Source: an uncultured Gemmatimonadales bacterium (GTDB lineage Bacteria > Gemmatimonadota > Gemmatimonadetes > Longimicrobiales > Gaopeijiaceae). Taken from it: a stretch of DNA of 64,000 nt. Both the position numbers and the translations under genes were made by a program. The notes beneath the pieces are model-generated. The model did no database searches. It saw only the letters and a program-made list of their open reading frames with translations, and had not been told where the DNA came from. Numbering within the stretch: the stretch's first letter is position 1; each line of letters begins with the position of its first letter. The stretch spans positions 96,001-160,000 of the forward strand of contig CAWGKG010000005.1 of assembly GCA_963823035.1 (NCBI GenBank), written 5' to 3'. Of this stretch, positions 46,310-55,100 are shown piece after piece.

Positions 46310-47506
46310 ATGTCAGCCGACGGAGCGAAGCCCGGAGCCGCCACCACCGCCGTCTGGGCCGGTGAAGAGGACCGGCGCTCCGGCGCCCCCACGCAGGCGC
46401 CCATGGTGGGCTCGGTGTCCTTCGGCTACCGGGACCTGGAGGAGTGGCTCGCGGTGGCCAGGGGCGAGCGGGCCGGCCACATCTACGGCCGGAACACCAA
46501 CCCCACGGTGGCGGTCTTCGAGGAGAAGGTGCGCATCCTGGAAGGCGCCGACGCGGCCACGTCCTTCGCCACCGGGATGGCGGCCATATCAGGGACGCTC
46601 TTCGCGCTCCTGAAGCCCGGCGCCCGCGTCGTGTCCACCCGGGACACGTATGGGGGAACCAGCGTGGTGTTCACCGACGATCTACCGCGCTGGGGCGTGG
46701 ACGTGGTCCTGTGCGACACCGAGGACGCCGACGCCATCGAGGCCGAGTGCGCCCGGGGGTGCGACCTCCTGTACCTGGAGACGCCCACCAACCCCACGCT
46801 GAAGGTGCTGGACCTGGCGCGGCTGTCCGCGGCCGGCCACGCCGTCGACGCCACGGTGATGGTGGACAACACCTTCGCCACGCCGGTGAACCAGAACCCG
46901 CTGGCCCTGGGCGCCGACCTGGTGGTGCACTCGGCCACCAAGTTCCTGGGCGGCCACGCCGACGCCCTGGGCGGCGTGGTGTGCGGAAGTGAGGCGCTGG
47001 TCCGCAGGATCTTCCGCTTCCGGGAGATCACAGGCGCCACGCTCCATCCCGAGGCCGCCTACCTCCTGCTCCGGGGCATGAAGACGCTGGCCCTGCGCGT
47101 GGCACGGCAGAACGGGAGCGCCCTGCGCATCGCCCGCTGGCTGGAGGAGGCCGACGGGGTGGCCTCGGTCCACTATCCGGGGCTGACGTCACACCCGGCC
47201 CACGAAGTGGCGGCCCGGCAGATGCGGGGCTTCGGCGGCGTCCTCAGCTTCGCGCTGGACGGAGGGATGGAGGCCGTGGAGTGCTTCCTGCCCGCGCTGC
47301 GGTGGGCCCACCTGGCCGCCAACCTGGGCGCCGTGGAGACGGTGGCGGGGACGCCGGCCACCACCAGCCACGTGGAGTGCACCGCCGAGGAACGCGCCAC
47401 CCTGGGCATTCCCGAAGGGCTCATCCGGTACTCGGTTGGCATCGAGGACCCGGAGGACCTGCTGGCGGACCTGGAGCAGGCGCTGGCGGCGCCGCGGGGC
47501 GGCTGA
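46310..47506 (+). CDS. Cystathionine gamma-synthase-family PLP enzyme
   Basis: YGRNTNPT, ETPTNP, DNTFATP, HSATKFLGGH and IRYSVGIED. Confidence 0.92.
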   Translation: MSADGAKPGAATTAVWAGEEDRRSGAPTQAPMVGSVSFGYRDLEEWLAVARGERAGHIYGRNTNPTVAVFEEKVRILEGADAATSFATGMAAISGTLFALLKPGARVVSTRDTYGGTSVVFTDDLPRWGVDVVLCDTEDADAIEAECARGCDLLYLETPTNPTLKVLDLARLSAAGHAVDATVMVDNTFATPVNQNPLALGADLVVHSATKFLGGHADALGGVVCGSEALVRRIFRFREITGATLHPEAAYLLLRGMKTLALRVARQNGSALRIARWLEEADGVASVHYPGLTSHPAHEVAARQMRGFGGVLSFALDGGMEAVECFLPALRWAHLAANLGAVETVAGTPATTSHVECTAEERATLGIPEGLIRYSVGIEDPEDLLADLEQALAAPRGG

Positions 47507-47611
47507 GGTAGCGGACAGGCGCAGGTGCCCGGACCCTGGTACAGACATTTCGTCTGAAGGGGCGTACACGCCCCCGGTCCAGGGGGCATCACCCTGAATC
47601 CAGGAAGGACC

Positions 47612-47985
47612 ATGAAACAAGGACGCCCTGATAACGGAACTCAACGAAGATCTGGCGGGCAAACTCGCTGCAATTACCCAATACATCAACGTACGCCGCC
47701 AAGGCTACGGGACCGTATCTCCCCCAACTCAACCAGTTCTTCCTCGCAGAAGTGGGCGACGAGCGGAGACACGCCGAATTCCTGTCCGAGAAGATCGTGG
47801 CGCTGGGCGGAGAGCCCGTGACCAAAGCCCGGAAGGTCCCCGAAGCGTCGAGTAGTCACGACACGCTCAAGGCCGTTCTTTCCGAGGAGCGCAAAGCCGT
47901 GGATAACTACACCCAGCGGGCGGAACAGGCCGAGGAGCTGGGCGAAAAGGAGCTCGCGGTCATGCTCGAAGACATGATCGCCACG
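47612..47985 (+). pseudogene. Bacterioferritin/ferritin-like gene, frameshifted and 3'-truncated
   Basis: LITELNEDL...QY, DERRHAEFL..KIVALGGEP and EERKAVDNY. It ends at LEDMIA before the last ExxH. Confidence 0.7.
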
Positions 47986-48110
47986 CGCCGCGGATGTTCA
48001 GGTTCTCGTCCCGCCCCACGTGGAGCAAAGCGAGCCCGGCGCCGCTCACTAGGAGGCCGCCGACAGCGACGCCCATCATCAGTGGCCCCATCACGTCGTG
48101 GGGTTCCCGG

Positions 48111-49960
48111 ACGGATAGGTAGTCGAAACGCCCTCTTGAACCAAGAAGCATCGTAGGGAGCGGGTGGAAGGGGAGCGAGCGTGGGGTGAGAGGAGCTCGG
48201 CGGCAGGAAGGACGAGGCGAAGGGGGCGAGACACGGCGAGGATGCTCGGAGGGGCCGAGACCATGAGCGGATGGGCGGCGAGGGCCGAGAACGAGTGAGG
48301 GAGTGTGGAGGGCGCCCGAATCAGTCGTCGAAGTCGGCGGGCAGAGACTGGTCGAACTGGAAGTCGGGCACGGGCTCGGGGCCGGCGGGGTCAAAGCTCG
48401 ACGTCTGGTCGAGCATGAAGTCACGCTGGGGTGGGCCGCGAGCAGGTGCGAGGGGCGGGGGTTTGTTGGGAAGGTCGAGGTGAAGAAGGATGGCGGAGAG
48501 GACGGGCGGATCGGTGATGAAGGCGAGGACCTTCATGGACCCACCGCAGGCGGGGCAGAGGAGCGGCAGGACCTCATAGATCCGGGTGAGGAGCACGGCC
48601 CAGCGGATACGCGCCGGGCTGGCGAGCCGAGGAGGGTCGTCCAGGTCACTGGGCACGGGATGGGGTGTTCCACCATCGGCAGGGCAGGGCATCTCGGCCG
48701 GGGATCGACCGATGGCGACGACGGCGGCGCGCAGGCCGGCATGAGGCGCGAGGACGCCGTGGTAGCGGTGGCGGTGCATGCGCGGCGGGGGCACGAAGGC
48801 AACGAGGCGCTCGAGGAGCTGGAGAGGCGATAGGACGATCTCGGTGCGCCCGTCGGGCGTGGGCTTGGGAAAGCGGTAGTGGAGGCGCGCGTCGGGGGAG
48901 GCGAGGGAGGCGACGCCGGCAAGGGCATGGAGTCGTTCGAGCGCGAAGGGCGGTCGGGCACAGTAGCGCACGAGGCGCTCGAGGCCGGCGCGGTCGTCAC
49001 CCTCGATGCGCACGGAAGCGTCGATGCTGAACCCACCGGAGCCCTGCCAGGAGAGCATGTGGAGGGCGTCGAGCTCATCGAGCAGCCCGTGGGCGCGGAA
49101 GTATCGGAGGACGCGACGCTGAATGACGCCCTGGAGCCGGGTCCAGTGCTCGGGCTGGAGGAGGGTGGCCTCGTGGAAGCGAGCCTCACGGGTGTCGTCA
49201 TCACGGGTTCGGGAGAAGACGCCGTCGAGGACGACGAGGTGGAAGTGGGGATGGGCGTTGAGGGAGGAGCCGAAGCGGTGCAGGAAGCTGACGGCGCCCA
49301 GCTGGGCGTCCGAGGGCGCGCCGGGGCTGGCGTGGCGGAGCGTGGTGCGGATGGCGCGTAGGAAGATCCGGAGGACGGCACCCGCGACGTCGGAGTTGTG
49401 ATGCAGGAAGGGCCGGAGGCGCTTGGGCACCGAGAGGACCCACTGCCTGGCGGCGAGGTGGGGCAGCACGTGGTCGGTGAGGTGAGCGGCAAGCTCGGCC
49501 ATGCGCCGGGTGTTGCAGGAGGGGCAGATCCCTCGGCCCTTGCACGAGAATGGGATCAGCCGTTCGTGACCGCAATCCTCGCAGCGAGCCCGGGCGAACC
49601 CGTGCGCGAGGAGGGATGACCGCACCGCGGTTTGGGCGAGGAAGGTCTCCAGATGGTGTTGGACGGCCGGGTAGAGCGGCGTCGCGGTCGGACGTCGAGG
49701 CCGATAGGTGGGCGAGGTGGCCGGACGCGATGGCCTGGCAGGTGAGGGAAGGGGCCGGAAGAGTCGCTTGGCCGGAGTCGCCATGGCCGACGGTGCCTCG
49801 GGTCACCGAGCGACGCCATGGGCCGATCCGCCCTGGATGGACATGCGTCCACGCCTCGGGGACCCCACACCTCAGCCCACACCCTTGTGGCCGAGATGCC
49901 CCAGATGCCTTGCGGCAGTAGCGACATCGCCGGATTGGGCCGCTCACGCCCACACCGGTT
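48111..49960 (-). mobile_element. ISCR/IS91-family rolling-circle element
   Basis: oriIS-like GCGTTTCGACTACCTATCC (minus strand, 48113-48131) downstream of the transposase. The upstream end abuts tmRNA-derived GGTTC|GACTCCCGCCGCCTCCA. Confidence 0.85.
48321..49784 (-). CDS. IS91/ISCR-type HUH transposase
   Basis: Zn domain CEDC...FSCKGRGICPSC, RQWVLSVPKRLR, HRFGSSLNAHPHFH (HUH), GFSIDA, LERLVRYCARP (single-Tyr ISCR type) and RYHGVLAP. Confidence 0.93.
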   Translation of the reverse strand: MATPAKRLFRPLPSPARPSRPATSPTYRPRRPTATPLYPAVQHHLETFLAQTAVRSSLLAHGFARARCEDCGHERLIPFSCKGRGICPSCNTRRMAELAAHLTDHVLPHLAARQWVLSVPKRLRPFLHHNSDVAGAVLRIFLRAIRTTLRHASPGAPSDAQLGAVSFLHRFGSSLNAHPHFHLVVLDGVFSRTRDDDTREARFHEATLLQPEHWTRLQGVIQRRVLRYFRAHGLLDELDALHMLSWQGSGGFSIDASVRIEGDDRAGLERLVRYCARPPFALERLHALAGVASLASPDARLHYRFPKPTPDGRTEIVLSPLQLLERLVAFVPPPRMHRHRYHGVLAPHAGLRAAVVAIGRSPAEMPCPADGGTPHPVPSDLDDPPRLASPARIRWAVLLTRIYEVLPLLCPACGGSMKVLAFITDPPVLSAILLHLDLPNKPPPLAPARGPPQRDFMLDQTSSFDPAGPEPVPDFQFDQSLPADFDD

Positions 49961-50188
49961 CGACTCCCGCCGCCTCCACTCGGCCCTACCGGGCAGTTCC
50001 CGGTAGGGCCTATTTGCTTGTGCCGAGTGGAGGCGGCGGGAGGCGAACCCGCGCGGACTCGGCGAAGCCGAGGACGCCGAGTGGGTTTGTGCCGATGGAG
50101 CAAGGACGCTCTCGCCAGACCTTCCCGCCGACCGACGAGGCAACGTCGCGGCGGCGCAGCCGCCGTGGCGGTACTCCCGCCGCCTCCA
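49957..50188 (+). repeat. tmRNA 3'-end fragment plus one ~210-bp palindromic unit
   Basis: GGTTCGACTCCCGCCGCCTCCA at 49957-49978 and the core again at 50173-50188. Confidence 0.93.
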
Positions 50189-50192
50189 TCAA

Positions 50193-50227
50193 ACAGGTCT
50201 GACCACCATCTCGGTGGTCAGGCCTGT
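50193..50227 (+). terminator. Second hairpin type following a core copy
   Basis: ACAGGTCTGACCACC-ATCTC-GGTGGTCAGGCCTGT. A left-arm-only copy lies at 42144-42165. Confidence 0.6.
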
Positions 50228-50299
50228 CTGGCGTTCCACTTGTTGATTGGGGGAGATCAGCGGCAACTCCGGGCATGGGTTTCCCTGCGTTTGGATCTC

Positions 50300-50890
50300 G
50301 CCGTCGTCCACGACGCCCCCAGGAACACCAGTCCGTCTTCTCGGGCGACAGGGTCACGATAGCGGCGTCGGCACCGGCTCCTCGTAGACCTCGACGTTGT
50401 CGATCTTGGGCGCGACGATGTCGCCTTCGGCGAACCCGCCGCCCGCCTGCGGCTCGCAGTTGATCCGCGCCCGTAGCTCCTCGGGCGTGAGGAGCGGTAG
50501 CATGGGGTCGTCGCGCACCGCCTCGACGATGCTTGTTGGAGTTGTCCACGAAGCTGGCCGCGATCACCTTCCCCTCGTCGGTGCTCGTGTAGCCGCCCTC
50601 AGCCGCCCCGGCGCCCCCGAAGACCTGCAGCGCGCCCAGGACGAAGTCGGTCTTGCGCGCCTTGCCCGCGGCGGACGCCACCTGGACGCCGGAGCGGGTC
50701 GCGGTGATCAGGACGCTGGTGGAGGCCTCCTTGAACTTCAGCCCCCCGGCGATGGCGCCGACCCCATGTCCAAACAGGCTGCCGACCGCACCTCCCACGC
50801 CACCGGCGTCGTCGTCGGAGAAGAGGATCTCCGGAGTCAGGTGGAAGTCGGCCGCCTGCATCTGCACCGCAACCAGGTTGGTCTCACCGG
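50300..50890 (-). pseudogene. Fragment of a CsgG/HfaB-like protein gene
   Basis: QMQAADF..TPEILFS, AGGLKFKEASTSVL...RSGVQVASAAG and GGYTSTDEGKVIAASFVDN. It has no 5' part and is frameshifted. Confidence 0.6.
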
Positions 50891-50925
50891 TCAGGCGGGG
50901 TTCGACATGGCAGGGCTAGGCGGGG

Positions 50926-51747
50926 TTAGGCGCGCGTCCGCGGCAACGGCGTGGCGGTACGCAGCGTGATGGTGACGGATACGGCCATGACGGTCTGGAT
51001 GCAGAGGCTCATGACGATGGCGTCGAAATGCTGTAGGCCGAAGGCCGCGTTGGCCGCGTGCAGCAGCGTGTAGAGGCTGAAGGCGATGCTGATCACCGCA
51101 AAGACGGTCAGTTGCGCGGCGATGGCGCGGTCGCGTGCTTCCGGGTCGGGGTGCGGCGTGCGGCTGCGGTTGCTCAGTTTCCACCCGCCGAGCAACGCCA
51201 GCAGGCCGTTGGTCACCAGCAGGGTCAGGTTCCTTGCCAGGGTGTCGCGGCCGAGGTCGAAGTCGTGCAGGGACAGGTCCGCAAGCACGGTCATCGCCAG
51301 CATGGCCAGCGCCAGCGTGAGCAGCCACGGCGGTACGAAATCGGACAGGCGGCGGGGCGCCGGGCCGGTGCTGCCTTGTGTTGTTGGGTGCAGCTCGCGC
51401 AGGCGGCGGAACAGGTGGAAGCAGAACACGTCCATGGCCAGCATCGGTAGGAACTGCGCGGCGCCGAAGACTCCCGGCCAGGCCCTGGGGATGGGTGTTT
51501 CGGTCCCGTGCTGCCAAGAGAGGATGGCCACGAGCGCGAGTCCCGCAAGCAACAGCAGGTGATTGGCCCAGGTGAAGAGGACCAGGCCGGTGCGGTAGGT
51601 GGACACCGGACGCGGGTACAGCCGTGGATGGGTCGAAGCCGGGAAAGCTTCCAGGATCGCGCGCAAGCGGCGCTTGACGCTGTACGGGACGACCGCCGAG
51701 ATCAGCAGCACCTGCCCAAGGAAGACGAGGTAAAACAGGACGTTCAT
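50926..51747 (-). CDS. Hypothetical multi-pass membrane protein
   Basis: ATG 51747 after GGAG, with about 7 hydrophobic segments (MNVLFYLVFLGQVLLISAVVP...). Confidence 0.7.
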   Translation of the reverse strand: MNVLFYLVFLGQVLLISAVVPYSVKRRLRAILEAFPASTHPRLYPRPVSTYRTGLVLFTWANHLLLLAGLALVAILSWQHGTETPIPRAWPGVFGAAQFLPMLAMDVFCFHLFRRLRELHPTTQGSTGPAPRRLSDFVPPWLLTLALAMLAMTVLADLSLHDFDLGRDTLARNLTLLVTNGLLALLGGWKLSNRSRTPHPDPEARDRAIAAQLTVFAVISIAFSLYTLLHAANAAFGLQHFDAIVMSLCIQTVMAVSVTITLRTATPLPRTRA

Positions 51748-51775
51748 GCGGTCGTGGCTCCAAGGACAGGAAGAA

Positions 51776-52675
51776 GGGCCAGGAACTCGAACCGCCCTGT
51801 CGGCCCGACGGGCATGGTATTCTGCGGGGTCAGGAGGAGCAAGCGGCGAGAGCTCGCTTGGGGTGGGGGCGAGGGTGAACGGACGAGGCTGGGTGAGAGC
51901 AGGGGGATGCTCGCAGAAGCCGAACCGATGATCGGATGGGCAGCGAGGGGCGATGCCCGAATGGGGATGCGCGAGGGGCCGAGCCATTGTCAGTCGTCAA
52001 GTCGCCGGGCAGAGACTGGTCGAACTGGAGGGCACCGCGCGAAGCGTGGTCGGGCACGGGCTCGGGATCGGCGGGATCGAAGCTCGGCGTCTGGTCGAGT
52101 AGGAGGCCGCGCTGAGGTGGGCCACGCGCGGGAGCGAGGGGCGGGGGTTTGTTTGGGGGGGTCGAGGTGAACGAGGATGGCGGAGAGGACGGGCGGATCG
52201 GTGATGAAGGCGAGGATTCTCATGGACCTGCCGCAGGCGGGGTAAGGGAGGAGCCGAAGCGGTGTAGGAAGCTGACGGCGTCAAGCTGGGCGTCCGACTC
52301 CACCCACCAGGGCACGCCGTTGCCCAGAGGGTCGGCTTCCGCGGCCCGGGCGAGGAAGGTCTCCAGATGGTGTTGGACGACCGGGTAGAGCGGCGCCGCG
52401 GTCGCACGTCGAGGCCGATAGGTGGGCGAGGTGGCCGAACGCGATGGCCGGGTGGGTGAGGGAAGGGGCCGGAAGAGTCGCTTGACCGGAGTCGCCATGG
52501 CCGACGGTGCCCCGGCTCACCGAGCGACGCCATGGGCCGATCGGCCCTGGATGGACATGCGTCCACGCCTCGGGGACCCCACACCTCACCCCACACCCTT
52601 GCGGCCGAGACGCCCCAGATGCCTTGCGGCAGTAGCCACATCGCCGAATCGGGCCGCTCACGCCCACGCCGGTTC
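51776..52675 (-). mobile_element. Internally deleted (non-autonomous) copy of the ISCR/IS91-type element
   Basis: The 5' UTR and N-terminal codons closely match 49640-49956. The sequence jumps to SDAQL.AVSFLHRFGSSL and then to the C-terminus. oriIS-like GCGGTTCGAGTTCCTGGCCC at 51776-51795. Confidence 0.88.
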
Positions 52676-52692
52676 GACTCCCGCCGCCTCCA
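52671..52692 (+). repeat. tmRNA 3'-end fragment (att-like core)
   Basis: GGTTCGACTCCCGCCGCCTCCA, identical to the tmRNA 3' end. Confidence 0.95.
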
Positions 52693-54873
52693 TCAAACAA
52701 CCCGTCGCGTGTAGTCGTTGGAGAAGACGCCGTCAGGATCAAAACGCCGGCGGGCCTCCAGGAACGTGTCGAGATTCCCTTCGGGATAGAGTGCCCGGAG
52801 CCTATCCCGCTCTGCGAAGAACGTCTTCCCCCAGTGGGGCCGGGCGCCCAGCCCGGACTCCGCGACCTCCTCCAGCCGTCGGAGGAACGCCCTCGACCCC
52901 TCGGTGGGCGCGGCATGGATGTCAACGAAGACCACGTCGCGTCCGTGGTTCGGGGCGAGCAGTACGTTGGTCGCCCCCCCTACCACCCGACACGTGTAGT
53001 AGGGGCGCTCCCGATCGAACGAGGAGGTCGGCGGCTTCGACGACTCCCACAGGTCGCGAAACGCCTCGTAGCGGTCCAGCGGAATAGCCAACTCCATATT
53101 GATCCAGTCGTTCCGGTCCAGCGCGAGCTGCCCGACCCGCGCGACGCCCGGCAGGCTCCGGACCACGCCCGAGCGGATGAAGAGCAGACTCGAAAGCGGG
53201 ATGTGGAGGGCGTACCCGCGCCCGGCCAGGCCCAGAACCCGACCCAACGCGGACCGGACCCACGGGGTACGCAGGACCGGAGCGATGAACGCCGTCGCCC
53301 GGGCGCGTCCGTCGCCGATGTAGTGCGCCCGGTCCACCGGGGTGCCGTCGGGCACGCGGTCGATCGTCACGCACAGCACGACGCGTGGGTCGAACGGGTG
53401 CGGCACGAAGCGCAGGTACTCGTGCTCGCGCATCAGGGTGGGGAGCCGGTTCCCGAACCCCGCGGCCGGCTCGCACCGTACCTCGTAGCGGCATATGCCC
53501 ACGGGCTCCACTTCGAGCGTCACGGCCACCACGGGCCCGAACGCGCCCAACGCGAGGCGCAGCGCCGACAGGTCGGTCTCGTCCGTCACGTGGTGAAGCG
53601 TGCCGTTCGGGGCCATGACCGTCGCGGCCCGGATCAGTTCGGACATGACGCCCCCCTCGCGACCGTACCCGTGCGTACCCGTGGCGAGCGCCCCGGCCAG
53701 CGTCTGCGCGCCGTAGTTGCCGCAGTAGCGCAGCAGGTAGCCGCGCGCGTCGAGGTACTCGCACAGCGCGCCGATCGAGATGCCGCCCTGGCACGTGACA
53801 CGGCCCGCCGCCTCGTTCCAGTCGAGCACACGGTCCAGGTCGTCCATGGAGACCATGCACGTGCCCGAGAAGAAGGCGTCGTTGTAGGAGTGACGCTTCC
53901 CGACCAGGCGGATCCGGTCGCCCCGCCCGGTCGCCGCCCGCAGAACCTCCGAGAGTTCCTCGACGGTGCGCGGCCGGTGCACGGCCGGCCCGAGCGCGCC
54001 GAACGTCCTCGCGTGGTTCTCCACCCACTCGAGCGGGCGGACCCCCCGGAGCGCCGGGCCCAACCCACGGACTGCCTCGCCCCACACCCGCTCCGCGCGC
54101 CCCGGGTCCACGCTGCGGGCGCTCGGGGTCCGCGCGACGCCTCGGTCCCAGTACAGTTCGCGCCGTTCCGCCGGCAGGAGAGCCGTGCGCAGGATCTCGC
54201 CGGCCGCCGTCTCCGGCGCGCGGACGCGCGACCAGGTCTGTTCGAGACGCGCGAGCAGCGGCGCCTTGGCCCGGTGGATCTCCGAGTCCACGAAACCCGG
54301 GGACACCACCCGCACGGTCAGCTCGGTGTGCAGTTCCCCGAAACGGTGGAAGAACCCGAGCGCGGCGTCCTTGGATTCCGCGTAGTGCCGCCAGAAGCCC
54401 AGGAGGGGGCCGCCGGGGATCGCGGCCAGGCGATGGGCCTCGCTGCCCACGTACACCACGCGGCGCAGCGCCGAGTCCCGGCACAGGTCGAGTAGTCGAT
54501 GCGCGAGCTGGAAGTTCGACAGGAAGTTCACCTGCCAGTGCAGTTCGTGACCGTCCGGCGTCCGGATCGTCTTCCATGGCACGTGGACGCCCGCGTTGAG
54601 CACCAGGAGGTCGATCGGGCGTCCGTCCGCGACCAGCGCGTCGGCGAAGCGTGACACGGAGTCCAGCGAGGTCAGGTCCAGCGGCCGGTGTACCGATCCC
54701 GGCCCCGACGGGCGTCGCGAGCCGACGGTGACTGCCGCTCCGGCCCGAACCGCCTGTCCGGCGAGTGCGCGCCCGATTCCGGCGCTCCCCCCCGTGACCA
54801 CCACGTGTCGTCCTTCCAGAGCGCGGTGCATGGGGGTCGAATCGCGTCGGTGTTCCAGCGTTTGCGTCGCCAT
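52693..54873 (-). CDS. Fusion of short-chain dehydrogenase (SDR) and FAD-linked aldonolactone-oxidase (ALO-like) domains
   Basis: SDR: TGGSAGIG, LNAG and YAESK. Oxidase: GKRHSY, QTLAGALATGTHG, RPHWGK and FDPDGVFSNDY. Confidence 0.8.
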   Translation of the reverse strand: MATQTLEHRRDSTPMHRALEGRHVVVTGGSAGIGRALAGQAVRAGAAVTVGSRRPSGPGSVHRPLDLTSLDSVSRFADALVADGRPIDLLVLNAGVHVPWKTIRTPDGHELHWQVNFLSNFQLAHRLLDLCRDSALRRVVYVGSEAHRLAAIPGGPLLGFWRHYAESKDAALGFFHRFGELHTELTVRVVSPGFVDSEIHRAKAPLLARLEQTWSRVRAPETAAGEILRTALLPAERRELYWDRGVARTPSARSVDPGRAERVWGEAVRGLGPALRGVRPLEWVENHARTFGALGPAVHRPRTVEELSEVLRAATGRGDRIRLVGKRHSYNDAFFSGTCMVSMDDLDRVLDWNEAAGRVTCQGGISIGALCEYLDARGYLLRYCGNYGAQTLAGALATGTHGYGREGGVMSELIRAATVMAPNGTLHHVTDETDLSALRLALGAFGPVVAVTLEVEPVGICRYEVRCEPAAGFGNRLPTLMREHEYLRFVPHPFDPRVVLCVTIDRVPDGTPVDRAHYIGDGRARATAFIAPVLRTPWVRSALGRVLGLAGRGYALHIPLSSLLFIRSGVVRSLPGVARVGQLALDRNDWINMELAIPLDRYEAFRDLWESSKPPTSSFDRERPYYTCRVVGGATNVLLAPNHGRDVVFVDIHAAPTEGSRAFLRRLEEVAESGLGARPHWGKTFFAERDRLRALYPEGNLDTFLEARRRFDPDGVFSNDYTRRVV

Positions 54874-54982
54874 CCCCCCTCCCGGTGAGCGTCGCCGGGC
54901 GGCACCGTGCCGCCACGTCCGAAAGCTGCCGGAAAGGCCCCACCACTCCGATCCGCACTCGCGCCTAGTGGGAGGACGTCCG

Positions 54983-55023
54983 CTACGTAGGGGTCGGGGC
55001 CGCACTACGTAGGAGGTGCGTGG
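54983..55023. promoter_or_regulatory. Putative operator: repeated CTACGTAG palindromes between divergent genes
   Basis: CTACGTAGG at 54983 and 55005 (22-bp spacing), and degenerate TGCGTGG at 55017. Confidence 0.45.
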
Positions 55024-55100
55024 TCGACACGCTGGGCGGGCTCGCTAAGTTGGTCACAGACATCGATCCGTCTTCGCCTTCCTCGTCCTCACCGACCGCG

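Noticed and set aside
49957..49978. Separate tRNA genes at 49957 and 52671
   Set aside because: Only the T-loop and 3' acceptor strand are present, with no D or anticodon arm. They are identical to the tmRNA end.
50895..50906. GCGGGGTTCGAC as another T-loop-like insertion site
   Set aside because: The match is short and not followed by the core. It can be explained as ATG TCG AAC codons of the CsgG-like remnant on the minus strand.
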